From Phycisphaeraceae bacterium (GTDB lineage Bacteria; Planctomycetota; Phycisphaerae; Phycisphaerales; Phycisphaeraceae), in the NCBI GenBank assembly GCA_963674705.1, contig OY771506.1:5248001-5312000 (forward strand): DNA of 64,000 nucleotides. Reading direction: 5' to 3'. The notes beneath the pieces were generated by a model. The model saw nothing but the letters and a program-made list of their open reading frames with translations, was not told the origin of the DNA and made no database searches. Shown here in pieces: positions 10,590 to 19,379 of the stretch (position 1 is its first letter; the number at the start of each line of letters is the position of its first letter). A program made the translations under genes and the position numbers.

Positions 10590-11000
10590 ATGCCCAAATA
10601 CACGGTTAGCGGGATCGATAGGGAGGATGGCGGGGTCCGCTTCACCACGGTCACAGCAAACAACTCAGACGATGCAGCCAAGATGGTCGGTTTCCAGGTT
10701 GAGAAAGTCGAGCAGGTTCATGACCAACCATCGCCGCCGGCAAAGCCGCCTTCATCAAGGACACCCAGCTATCCCGTGATGGCGATCTACATCGTTCTGC
10801 TGCTGGTGATCGGCTACCTGCTGGTTATCATTGGCTGCCTGACCTTTTTGATTTCACTGCTGCCTGCTGATGGCCATGAGGGGGCACAAATAGGTGGCGG
10901 GTTGTTCGCACTCTACGCCGTCCCTACCGGCCTTGGCCTCGCGTTGATGGGTGAGGTGTTACGAGCCTTCCGCGACATCGCACGCAATAGCTTCAGGTGA
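10590..11000 (+). CDS. Small membrane protein with two TM helices
   Basis: Soluble N-terminus, Pro linker, two hydrophobic segments, ending GEVLRAFRDIARNS. Confidence 0.7.
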   Translation: MPKYTVSGIDREDGGVRFTTVTANNSDDAAKMVGFQVEKVEQVHDQPSPPAKPPSSRTPSYPVMAIYIVLLLVIGYLLVIIGCLTFLISLLPADGHEGAQIGGGLFALYAVPTGLGLALMGEVLRAFRDIARNSFR

Positions 11001-11073
11001 ACCGAGCGAATCGTTGGGTCCGCTCACACGGGCTATGGGTAACATATGACTGACTCAACACGGACGGTAAGCG

Positions 11074-11313
11074 ATGCATCAACTGCCAGATCTACCGGAT
11101 AAGAAGTGGCTCAAGCCTTGTGACCTCATGGAATACTTCGGGGTATCTAGGTCAACACTAGGCCGAATGGTGAAGGATGGCTGGCTCCGAAAACCTGACA
11201 CGAGTTTAGGTGAACGCAATCCCCGTTGGTGGGCGCCAATGGTTGATGAGTATGCCCGCCGGCAGATTGAGGCAATAGAGTCAGCACGAAAGCAGCAATT
11301 CAACCAAACCTGA
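11074..11313 (+). CDS. AlpA-family HTH regulator
   Basis: WLKPCDLMEYFGVSRSTLGRMVKDGWLRKP...RNPRW. Confidence 0.82.
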   Translation: MHQLPDLPDKKWLKPCDLMEYFGVSRSTLGRMVKDGWLRKPDTSLGERNPRWWAPMVDEYARRQIEAIESARKQQFNQT

Positions 11314-11393
11314 AGGTGGGATTGCCAACCAAAGTTAAAATGCAAAGGCATGACTTGCCTAGGACTTCACCGAGGCATTGAATTTACACCAGC

Positions 11394-11813
11394 TTACGCA
11401 TTTCTTTCTAATTCGACCGTTTCACCCAGGAATGAATACTGTGCGTGAATATGAAAAATACCTTCAAGCAGTGTGACGCAATTACGAACCATGATCGGTA
11501 TCAAGCAGGGCTTTCCAACTAGTTTTTCGAAGCTGATATAGATCATGTCATCTGTTTGCATTTCCTGTTTGGTAATACAGCTAATCCCTCCGATAGACAG
11601 GTCAACAGCATAGGCTTCACATAGATCCTCATATTCGCCCTCACCAACTTGGTGCAACAAGGAGACCTTGGCGCCAAAGTAAAATCGATGGTGGCGCCGT
11701 CGCTCCCTTTGTTCTTGATCACGCTTCTCCAGTCCACGTACAAGTTTACCAATGGCTCTTCGAAGTTGCTCATTCGAAGTAAGTAAATTCAACTGTGTCA
11801 TTTGCTTCCCCAA
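11394..11813 (-). CDS. PilZ-domain (c-di-GMP-binding) protein
   Basis: RxxxR motif (ERRRHHR) and D-x-S-x-x-G motif (DLSIGG). Confidence 0.85.
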   Translation of the reverse strand: MGKQMTQLNLLTSNEQLRRAIGKLVRGLEKRDQEQRERRRHHRFYFGAKVSLLHQVGEGEYEDLCEAYAVDLSIGGISCITKQEMQTDDMIYISFEKLVGKPCLIPIMVRNCVTLLEGIFHIHAQYSFLGETVELERNA

Positions 11814-12193
11814 AATGATCGCATGGTTAATAACTGACTCAAGTCACGTGAAAATACCAATCTGATAATCATGTGAATACTTGTACGCATACAGACACAC
11901 CACGCTAGCATTGTCGGCTAACCATTGGGCCAGTCTCAAATTGCGAGTGCCAACACCGTGTCACTGATTTACTATTTAAGTTCTATGGCAATGTAAATTG
12001 TTGCAGCATAACTTTAGTTAGGCTCTACCATTGGTAGGTATCAATGGTTGATGAGCATTCCCCGTCGGTGCTATGTGAAGTCGACCGATCCCACCGTGGT
12101 TGCCGCACTCGCAGAGGTACGTATCAACGTCAACCAAGCGTACCGCATGGTGGTAGGACCGAAGCCAGCTTACAGTGAATTATGATTCGCGAC

Positions 12194-12583
12194 TCAAGCG
12201 GTAGATTCAACCACCTCGCCACTCGCCTGCTCGCCCACGGTGACGTCCAGCATCCGCCGGCCGCTACCAGCCAGCCCGTGCCCATCGGTCCAGGCGACGC
12301 ACCACACGGGCGTCAGGGCCGGCGTGGGCGCCTCGGTGTCGTGGTCCCACACGACCAGCACGGCCCCGGTACCGCGGTCGCGTACACGCCACATTACGCG
12401 GCTGTGCTTAGGATCGCCGGGGAAGCCGGGATCATCACGCCAATGGGGTTGGCCTAACGCTTCAGCGATGCGGTCGTAGGGTGTGCGCAGTGTACCCGTG
12501 TGCTGGTATTTGATCCGCTCGGTAGTGGGAATGGGTTGAAGCTCAATCATGAGTAGTCGGCGATCCTGCTGGGTGTGGGGCAT
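12194..12583 (-). CDS. Hypothetical protein
   Basis: Last ORF of the leftward operon that starts at 15987. Confidence 0.55.
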   Translation of the reverse strand: MPHTQQDRRLLMIELQPIPTTERIKYQHTGTLRTPYDRIAEALGQPHWRDDPGFPGDPKHSRVMWRVRDRGTGAVLVVWDHDTEAPTPALTPVWCVAWTDGHGLAGSGRRMLDVTVGEQASGEVVESTA

Positions 12584-12600
12584 CTCAATCGGTCACCAGT

Positions 12601-12879
12601 CTACCGCACGTCGCGGCGTAGGTTGTAGATGTACTGAACCAATTCGGCCGATCGCCCATCTTCCTCAATCAGCTTGCGGCACATCTGCGAGTCGCCCAGT
12701 GCCCCAAATCCGCATAGCCTCTCGCCGAGTTCCGCCGCTGCGTCATGTGCTACAGGATCGGTGAGGATCCACCCCATCATGGCGTGTATCTCTTCCGTGC
12801 TAACGCCGTTGGCCATGCGGCCGACTGATTCACGGACCCGCTTCTCAAGCTGTTGAATGCGGTTTCTTACAGTGCTCAT
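12601..12879 (-). CDS. Hypothetical protein, 92 aa
   Basis: 4-nt start/stop overlap with 12876..13214, suggesting translational coupling. Confidence 0.65.
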   Translation of the reverse strand: MSTVRNRIQQLEKRVRESVGRMANGVSTEEIHAMMGWILTDPVAHDAAAELGERLCGFGALGDSQMCRKLIEEDGRSAELVQYIYNLRRDVR

Positions 12880-13214
12880 AATGAATCTATCCCCATCTGC
12901 TGTTCAAGCTGGTCGAGGCGTTCGATCAGGTCGGCTTCGATTGGCTTACCGAGGCACCGGTCGAGTACTTCCTTGGCAGCCTGCACGTTGCCTTCAAGTG
13001 CCAGCTCCACCAGTTTCTTGACGATGTCGGTCAGTTCATCCTCGGTGACTGCGGTGAGCATAGTTGCTCGCAGCCTGTTCACTTGTTTGGCGTGTGGATT
13101 ACCCTTGCCACCCTTCCATCCAGGCAGAAAACGGCCCGTGTCGGGGTCTCGCCCATTTCCATTGGACCCATTAAGTGATGGATTCTCATTGTCGCTTTTA
13201 TTTGCCATGGTCAT
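12876..13214 (-). CDS. Small-terminase-like / DUF5681-like protein
   Basis: GRDPDTGRFLPGWKGGKGNP and LVELALEGNVQAAKEVLDRCLGKP motifs. Confidence 0.65.
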   Translation of the reverse strand: MTMANKSDNENPSLNGSNGNGRDPDTGRFLPGWKGGKGNPHAKQVNRLRATMLTAVTEDELTDIVKKLVELALEGNVQAAKEVLDRCLGKPIEADLIERLDQLEQQMGIDSL

Positions 13215-13222
13215 ATCCCTTT

Positions 13223-15400
13223 TTACGTTGCTAGCGATGTCGCCGCTTGTTCAATCAACGCACTTAACGCGTCAAGATTTTCACTGACCCGGTTCATCGT
13301 GCCGGCGTTTTGCTGGGCGTTCTTTTCTTGCTTTTGCATGAATTCACGCTGTTGTTTGAGGAACTCTCGTCCGATCGCGTCGAACAAACCGGGTAACTCA
13401 TTGATCGTGTTGCCCAGGCCCTCTACTGACTGTTTGAGTTCGCCACCGGATACAACATCGGCCGCGTTGTAGGCTACATCATCGCTCGGCTTCGCCATCC
13501 GCCGCACAGCCGTCTCAAATCCACCCGGTCGGTCTGCCCCGCCTGATCCACCGACCATCACGTCAAACATGCTTCTGTTCGCCATGTCGTCCGATCCACC
13601 GGGCTGGCCAACGGTGTGTTGATTCGTCTGCATGCCGGAGTCTGACAGTTTCAGCCCATAGAGTGAGCCGATGATGCTTTTGAATGTCGCGTCTTCGGGT
13701 AATCCTAACTGGCTCTTGATGATGCCGATGGGGTCAAACTTCGGGTCTGACTGGCTGGCACGTTCGTTGTACTTATCCAAGAAACGGCGTTGCGCCTCTG
13801 TCAGTGTTGACAGCAGGTATTTTTCAAGGGAATCTTGAATCAGCCCCGCATTCTTCGGATTCTGAGCGGCCGCTTCATTTGCATCCTTAATCCGCTTCAG
13901 CGTTGCAGGCGATCCGAAGCCGGCCAGTATCTTGTCGGCCTCCAGTTCCGTGTTGGCTTTGTCCTGTGCGATCTTCCTGATGCGCTTGCGTGCGCCGGGG
14001 TCGCTCTCGTACCGGTCCGCAACCTCCGGATCACTGAGCATGCCTTCAAGTATCCGGTTAAACCGATCAGCAAACGGGGCTTTCAGCCGCCTCTTAGCAT
14101 CGTTGATCTGCTCGGGTGTGACCTTCCCCAACTCGATCGCATTGACACCCACACCGTACAGGTCGCCCTGACGCCCGGGCTCGGTGGGTGCGAACCTTGT
14201 GGCGATGTCGCCTATCAGGTCGCGGATGGGCTTGAGTGCATCGATCTGGCCGGCAGACTCACGAAGCGCAGCCGCGCCACGTTGTAAGACACCACCAGAC
14301 GATTTCTCAGCCGCTGCCAGTGACTTCTCATCGATGCCGAGGAATTTGGCCAGGCGTGGGGCGATGGTCTGGATTCCCCGACCGATAGCAGCAGCTACCT
14401 GCTTACCCATGGCCGCATAATCGAGCGAGCCCAGAATATCGAGCAGCGCAGCCGCACCGAGTTTGAAAGCTTTCTCCAACAGCCCGCCCAGTGTCTTAAA
14501 CAGGGCCGGTCCAAGCTGGATAATGCTTACCAAGATGCCCTTGGCAATGTCTTTGCCCTGATCGCCTTGTAGGCCGGCCAGAATGTCGCCGGTAAGTTCA
14601 GCAACATACTGGATCGCATCACGCACGAAACCGATTTTGACCACCCACCGCCCTACCTCACCAACGATGTCTTTGATGTTGCCGAAAATCGCGTTGTAGG
14701 TCAGATACAACTCATCACCCTGAAGGCCAAGCCGATGAGCACGCTTTTCCAATTCTTCAACGGTGCGATTCAGGGTTTTCGCTTGCTTGGCGGCGAGTTT
14801 GAGCCCTTGAAGTTCCTCCGCGCCAACGAAGATGCCGAAACGTTTGGGCGGTTCACCGCGGGCGATCGAATTCAGCAACTCTTCGATGTCGGGCCCGATG
14901 CTGTCTTGACGACCACGCGCTACGGCCAGGACCGTGAACGCCGAAATCAATCTTTCGATCTTCTCAACAGGGACATCGAGAATGCCCGCCTGGTTTGCCA
15001 ACTCTGAAGCGCGTGCGAAATCGAGCATGCCGGCCGATGCTGCGTTGATGCGACTGATATATCGGCCCGCCACCTTCTCAGTGACATCCAGTTGTTTGGC
15101 CAGTGCCTTGGTGCGCAACTCTAACGCTGAGGCGTTGCGGATAAGCCGGTCAGTCCCCAGCCCACCCAGCCCGATACCAATGATCGCTTGGATACTGGTA
15201 AGCACTCTGAAGGGTGCCATTAGCGCCTTAGCAAGAATGCTGCCGGCGACACCGATGCCCTTGAAGGATGCCGATGCAATCCTCCCCACGGACCTGAATG
15301 CACCACCGAGGCGATTCTCGACCATGCCGGCATCACGCCGAAGCTGTTTTTCAAGCTCTCTGCCGTCTGTCTGGATTTCCGCACCAATCACGATTGCCAT
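13223..15400 (-). CDS. Phage tail tape-measure-like protein
   Basis: 725 aa, Ala/Gly/Leu-rich and predicted helical; hydrophobic N-terminal stretch with 11-residue Phe spacing (FRSVGRIASASF); lies directly downstream of a frameshifting chaperone gene. Confidence 0.72.
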   Translation of the reverse strand: MAIVIGAEIQTDGRELEKQLRRDAGMVENRLGGAFRSVGRIASASFKGIGVAGSILAKALMAPFRVLTSIQAIIGIGLGGLGTDRLIRNASALELRTKALAKQLDVTEKVAGRYISRINAASAGMLDFARASELANQAGILDVPVEKIERLISAFTVLAVARGRQDSIGPDIEELLNSIARGEPPKRFGIFVGAEELQGLKLAAKQAKTLNRTVEELEKRAHRLGLQGDELYLTYNAIFGNIKDIVGEVGRWVVKIGFVRDAIQYVAELTGDILAGLQGDQGKDIAKGILVSIIQLGPALFKTLGGLLEKAFKLGAAALLDILGSLDYAAMGKQVAAAIGRGIQTIAPRLAKFLGIDEKSLAAAEKSSGGVLQRGAAALRESAGQIDALKPIRDLIGDIATRFAPTEPGRQGDLYGVGVNAIELGKVTPEQINDAKRRLKAPFADRFNRILEGMLSDPEVADRYESDPGARKRIRKIAQDKANTELEADKILAGFGSPATLKRIKDANEAAAQNPKNAGLIQDSLEKYLLSTLTEAQRRFLDKYNERASQSDPKFDPIGIIKSQLGLPEDATFKSIIGSLYGLKLSDSGMQTNQHTVGQPGGSDDMANRSMFDVMVGGSGGADRPGGFETAVRRMAKPSDDVAYNAADVVSGGELKQSVEGLGNTINELPGLFDAIGREFLKQQREFMQKQEKNAQQNAGTMNRVSENLDALSALIEQAATSLAT

Positions 15401-15412
15401 GATGTACCTCGA

Positions 15413-15640
15413 TTATCTGGTTGCCCTCTCCGCTTCTTGTTCACGCTTGCGGAGGATGGCGGCGCAAAACGGATAGATTCTTGTTATGTAATCGCCGTAG
15501 TTCCGTTCGATGAAACTCGCATCGACGCCCGTTACCTCTTTAATCGCACCGAGCATTGACAGCCGGTGCATGATCACACACGCACCGACGTCGGGGCATT
15601 CGGCCCCGTTCAGGAATTGCTCGGTGCCTCGGATTTTCCC
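15413..15640 (-). CDS. -1 frameshift extension of the tail chaperone (gpGT-like, about 191 aa fused product)
   Basis: In-frame G GGA AAA heptamer at 15640-15634; the -1 frame reads GKIRGTEQFLNGAECPDVGACVIMHRLSMLGAIKEVTGVDASFIERNYGDYITRIYPFCAAILRKREQEAERATR* and stops at 15413, 12 nt before the tape-measure ATG. Confidence 0.75.
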   Translation of the reverse strand, partial: GKIRGTEQFLNGAECPDVGACVIMHRLSMLGAIKEVTGVDASFIERNYGDYITRIYPFCAAILRKREQEAERATR

Positions 15641-15987
15641 TCGATAGCGTCCGCCGATTCGTCATCACCACCGGACAGGTCGAAGCCGTTGGCCTTCAGC
15701 AGTTCGTCGTTAAACCACGGACCGAACGCCGGCTCCTGATGAACCACCGCATCAAGGGCACGAACCGAGTACGGCGCGGCGTTGCCGTCTGGGGTCTCGA
15801 CGCCTTCCCACTTGAGGACGCCAACGCCCTGCTGGGCCAGCTCTACGAACACGCCACCCATGCCGCCGTTACTGTTGGCCAGCAGCTTTGTTCGTTGCGT
15901 GTGGCCCAGCCGTTTGAAGGTGACAGTGATCCCCGTTGGCTCATGGGTCAGGGTGGTGGTCTGCTTGTGTTCAGCATTCAGTTTCAT
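15610..15987 (-). CDS. Tail assembly chaperone, short form (gpG-like)
   Basis: ATG 15987 after AAGGA; VTFKRL...KWEGVETPDGNAAPYS; ends EGK at a slippery site shortly before the stop. Confidence 0.72.
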   Translation of the reverse strand: MKLNAEHKQTTTLTHEPTGITVTFKRLGHTQRTKLLANSNGGMGGVFVELAQQGVGVLKWEGVETPDGNAAPYSVRALDAVVHQEPAFGPWFNDELLKANGFDLSGGDDESADAIEGKSEAPSNS

Positions 15988-16054
15988 GTTCAGTGTTCCT
16001 TGCCGGCTTGTGTGACACCCAGCGGCCACCGGCGGGCCGTGGGCTGGTGAGTGT

Positions 16055-16306
16055 TCATGTCTCGCGTGTCAGCGTCAGGATGGCCGCACGCCGGCCGGGG
16101 GACATCCGGGCCAGGGCGTTGATGTGATCAACCACCGCCGCCCTCTCGGCCTCGGGTATGGCGTTGAGCGCGTCGGCCAAGCCATCCAGATCAGGATTGT
16201 GAATTGTGGAAAACGCAGGCAGTGCGCCGCATTCTGCGCCGCCTACATACGAAAAGTCGATATTTCCCGGGAAATCGTAGGGGTGTTCACACCCTCTCAC
16301 GGTCAT
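16055..16306 (-). CDS. Small element-terminal hypothetical ORF
   Basis: GGAECGAL...PDLDGLADALNAIPEAERAAV resembles short ORFs recalled from the ends of planctomycete integrative elements. Confidence 0.4.
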   Translation of the reverse strand: MTVRGCEHPYDFPGNIDFSYVGGAECGALPAFSTIHNPDLDGLADALNAIPEAERAAVVDHINALARMSPGRRAAILTLTRET

Positions 16307-16358
16307 TCGGGATCACATTTGCTTAGCTATCGTTTCACTTCCAGATCGGTAACGCATA

Positions 16359-17018
16359 TCAAGATTGCTCTATAGAGCAATTGCAGAGATTGCGTTGTTT
16401 ATATTTGATTGTGACACCGCCAAATCCAACGAGCAGGCCGGTGGCTGCGCCGACTGCGTGTGCTAAGGGGACGGGCACGAAGCCGCCGGCAGTGTGGTCG
16501 GCGAAGAGGGTGGCGGCGGTGATGCTTTCGTAGGCCACTTTCGCACCGAACAGCAGTAGCAATAGCAGGTATGAGGCAACCGCTTGCCAGCGTTTCTCGG
16601 CAATGGCGGGACGAATCAACATTGATATCAGCAGTGTAAACAAGGCTGAGTCGAGGCCGGACAACCCGCGGTAGGAAGTGAGTTCGGGGGCAAACATCCA
16701 GACCGTGATAGTGATCAAGAGCGTAGAAGCTGCCAAGCACGCAAGCGTGCGAGTTCGGCTGATGCGTTCACAGATCGCGCCGAGCAGCGCGAACATGGTC
16801 AGGTCCCAGAAGAGGTGGTCGGTGGAAAAGTGCGTCCAGTGGCACGTGATCAGTCGCCACCACTGGCCTTGCTCGAATAACGATCGCTGGAACTGCAGTG
16901 TGGTGGTCAGTGATGGAATCGCGTAGATCACAAGCGCGCATAACGACAAGAGCAGCGCGGCGCCCGGAAAACGCCGCGCTGCTGATTGATCGGATTGGGT
17001 TGCGAACGTACGCATCAC
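16359..17018 (-). CDS. Rhombosortase (rhomboid-family GlyGly-CTERM protease)
   Basis: WWRLITCHWTHFSTDHLFWDL, catalytic YRGLSG and AHAVG; multiple TM helices; adjacent to a GlyGly-CTERM protein. Confidence 0.9.
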   Translation of the reverse strand: MMRTFATQSDQSAARRFPGAALLLSLCALVIYAIPSLTTTLQFQRSLFEQGQWWRLITCHWTHFSTDHLFWDLTMFALLGAICERISRTRTLACLAASTLLITITVWMFAPELTSYRGLSGLDSALFTLLISMLIRPAIAEKRWQAVASYLLLLLLFGAKVAYESITAATLFADHTAGGFVPVPLAHAVGAATGLLVGFGGVTIKYKQRNLCNCSIEQS

Positions 17019-17052
17019 GTCACCTTCCTCAAAGAATCCGATCGTTGAAGAC

Positions 17053-19155
17053 TTACTTGGAAGACTTACGCCTTGACGCCACGGCCAGGCCGCCTAATCC
17101 GAGCGCGAGTGCCACGGTGATCGGGTCGATCGCCCCACCGCCGCCGCCGCCGAAGTCAAGGTCGGTCTTGCGTCGCGGACGATCAGGGGTTTGAGCCTGT
17201 CGGGGTTGAGTCACGTTGTTATTGTCGGCCTGCTTCTGCGGTTCACCTGCACTGGCCAGCTCGGTCGGTGCTGCGGGACCTAACTCATCCGTGGCCTTGC
17301 GGCGAAGTTCAGTCAGTTGATCCTTCACCTTGTCCCGGCCCCTACGGTCACGCTCGATCCGCAGCGCGTTGCGTTGATCGATCTTCCAGCGTTTGTATTC
17401 CGCGTCGTTTTCAAGCACGATGAAGGAGGTGTACTCACTTGCGATCGAGTAGGCCTCGCCCAGTCTGATCACTTCGTCCTTGATCGAGTCACGCGAGCCC
17501 TTGCGGTCGGCATCTTTCAACAGTCGATCGATGCGTTGCCACGCCCACATGCGCTCGACTTCGCTATTACCGGATTCAGCTTTGGGGAAGTCCAGCTTGG
17601 CATTGGTGGCGATCGCCTGCCCGCGCACTTCACCGGTCACCTTCACATCGATGGGCGTACCCTTGCGGTATCGGCCGTACACGCGGATCGGTGCACCGTG
17701 ATACAGGTTAGGCAGCTTGGTCGGCTCGATGTCGTACACATCGGCGCCTTGAAAATCGATCGCGAGGTTTGTTGCAACGGGATGCATCAGCTTGCGACGG
17801 AAGGCCTGTGCCTGACGTTCGAAGTCATCACCTTGCGAGATAAAAGCCGCCAGCCCGCCTGCATCTTCGGCGATCTGCTCAAGCAGTGGGCGATTCACTT
17901 CGTTGCCGATGCCGATGCAGAACACACGGGCGTTGCTCGGGCGCTGCATGATCAATTCGCTCAGTTCGCGGCGTTCGCGTTGCTCTGTCATGCCATCGGA
18001 GAGAATCACGACGTTGAGTTCGCGGTCCGGGTCGCCGTACTTGTAAGCGGTGGTGATAGCCGGATGAAGCGAGGTGCCGCCGCGAGCCTGCTGCGAATCG
18101 AGGTAGGCTTCCGCCTTGCTTTTAGCGTTTTCATCGGCCGTCGCGAGTTGCGAGAACAGCGTGGCCGGCTTGACGTTGAACGTCACCAGCTCGAACCGGT
18201 CGTCCTTGCCGAGTTGATCGATGAAAGCCTTGATCGAACCGCTGCTGAGCCGGAGCTTGCCGTCGTGCGCCATGCTGCCGGACACGTCGAGGATAAACAC
18301 GTAGTCTGCCCCGCTGCCGTCGGCCTTGGCGAGTTCTTCGCCGGCTGTCAGCGTCAGCAGGAAGTAACCGTCTTCGCCCTTCTGCTTGGAAGCAACCAGG
18401 TCTAAGCCTGTGTTGGGCCGGGACGTGTCGTAGTTGATCACGACATCACGAGCGAGACTACCGCCGTCGGTTTCCAGGCTCGCCTGCCAGTACTCATCGG
18501 TGTGCTTGGCGGTCACGACCATGTCACCATGGCTGGGGCTACTCATCGATGTAATGGGCACGGCACTACGGATGTCCATCGTCAGTGCAAACTTACCGGT
18601 TGTGCGCTGATCGATGTTGTTGCGCGTCACCGTTGCCAGTGGGTAAACATACGTCCCCTGGTTGTGGTCGTAATCCAACTGCTGATAGTACGTCACGCGC
18701 ACATGCTGCTCTGCTTCGGCTGCGATCGGGAAGATACGCATCTCGAAGGTTTTGTAATCGGTCTGTTCGAGCAGGCCCGGATCGCGCTTGACACGTTTGT
18801 AGCTATTGTAGATTTCGCGAGCGCGTTCTTTTTCGACGACCTCGCCGATCATTTCTTTGCCGTTGATCCACATGCTGAAGTTAGCGACGGAAGCGCCCTT
18901 TGGCACGGGGAAGGTGTAGAGCGCTTCGACCTGGCGTTTTTCGGTATTCTGAAAAACCTGGTCGATCTCAGTGACGGCGATGCCGTTGTTGATCGTGACC
19001 TTGACATCTTGTTCCTTGATTTCGAGCACGCCGCCGAAGCCGCCATCGGCGATAAGCAGACCCGCGGCGTTTGTTTTCATAGGTAATGCACACAGGCATG
19101 CGGCCGCCAGTGCGATGGCTGTGAATAGTCTGCCTTTCCTGATCCTGTTCCACAT
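17053..19155 (-). CDS. Secreted VIT + vWA domain protein with GlyGly-CTERM sorting signal
   Basis: Signal peptide; VIT (EALYTFPVPKGASV...AREIY...DPGLLE); MIDAS motif DVSGSM, GGT, LSDG; C-terminal GGGGGGAIDPITVALALGLGGLAVASRRK. Confidence 0.92.
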   Translation of the reverse strand: MWNRIRKGRLFTAIALAAACLCALPMKTNAAGLLIADGGFGGVLEIKEQDVKVTINNGIAVTEIDQVFQNTEKRQVEALYTFPVPKGASVANFSMWINGKEMIGEVVEKERAREIYNSYKRVKRDPGLLEQTDYKTFEMRIFPIAAEAEQHVRVTYYQQLDYDHNQGTYVYPLATVTRNNIDQRTTGKFALTMDIRSAVPITSMSSPSHGDMVVTAKHTDEYWQASLETDGGSLARDVVINYDTSRPNTGLDLVASKQKGEDGYFLLTLTAGEELAKADGSGADYVFILDVSGSMAHDGKLRLSSGSIKAFIDQLGKDDRFELVTFNVKPATLFSQLATADENAKSKAEAYLDSQQARGGTSLHPAITTAYKYGDPDRELNVVILSDGMTEQRERRELSELIMQRPSNARVFCIGIGNEVNRPLLEQIAEDAGGLAAFISQGDDFERQAQAFRRKLMHPVATNLAIDFQGADVYDIEPTKLPNLYHGAPIRVYGRYRKGTPIDVKVTGEVRGQAIATNAKLDFPKAESGNSEVERMWAWQRIDRLLKDADRKGSRDSIKDEVIRLGEAYSIASEYTSFIVLENDAEYKRWKIDQRNALRIERDRRGRDKVKDQLTELRRKATDELGPAAPTELASAGEPQKQADNNNVTQPRQAQTPDRPRRKTDLDFGGGGGGAIDPITVALALGLGGLAVASRRKSSK

Positions 19156-19228
19156 GGTTTGTTCTCCTTGAGTTCGCGTTAGTCAGGCCACCCGGAGCGG
19201 ACCGGGTGTGATGCGTCGACATGTATGT

Positions 19229-19244
19229 TTCAAGGGGCGTACCA
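19229..19244 (-). promoter_or_regulatory. Putative sigma54 (-24/-12) promoter for the VIT-vWA/rhombosortase operon
   Basis: Minus strand TGGTACGCCCCTTGAA versus consensus TGGCACG-N4-TTGCW; correct spacing, non-canonical -12. Confidence 0.6.
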
Positions 19245-19328
19245 GAGAGGATTTGTACACGAAAGACGCGTATGCGTTTTATTTACATATATTTACGGCC
19301 AGGCAAAAACATACGGATTGCATGGCCG

Positions 19329-19368
19329 ATATACATTCTATGTATATTTATGTACATTATTTGTATAT
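19329..19368. promoter_or_regulatory. Tandem palindromic enhancer/operator sites
   Basis: ATATACAT-TCT-ATGTATAT (19329-19347, perfect) and ATGTACAT-TAT-TTGTATAT (19350-19368), about 100 bp upstream of the sigma54 promoter. Confidence 0.65.
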
Positions 19369-19379
19369 GTGAGGATCCC

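Larger units (their letters stand above)
6712..16306. mobile_element. Prophage remnant or phage-satellite-like integrative element; boundaries approximate and it may extend left past base 1
   Basis: Cluster of XRE, two Xis/AlpA HTH genes, DUF4041/T5orf172, TerS-like, tape-measure-like and tail chaperone genes; no integrase or att pair identified in the window. Confidence 0.75.

Noticed and set aside
6712..16306. Complete prophage or tailocin
   Set aside because: No integrase, large terminase, portal, capsid, tail tube, baseplate or lysis genes visible.
17317..19086. Long plus-strand ORFs of 362 and 194 aa
   Set aside because: Antisense shadows of the VIT-vWA gene, expected in GC-rich coding DNA.
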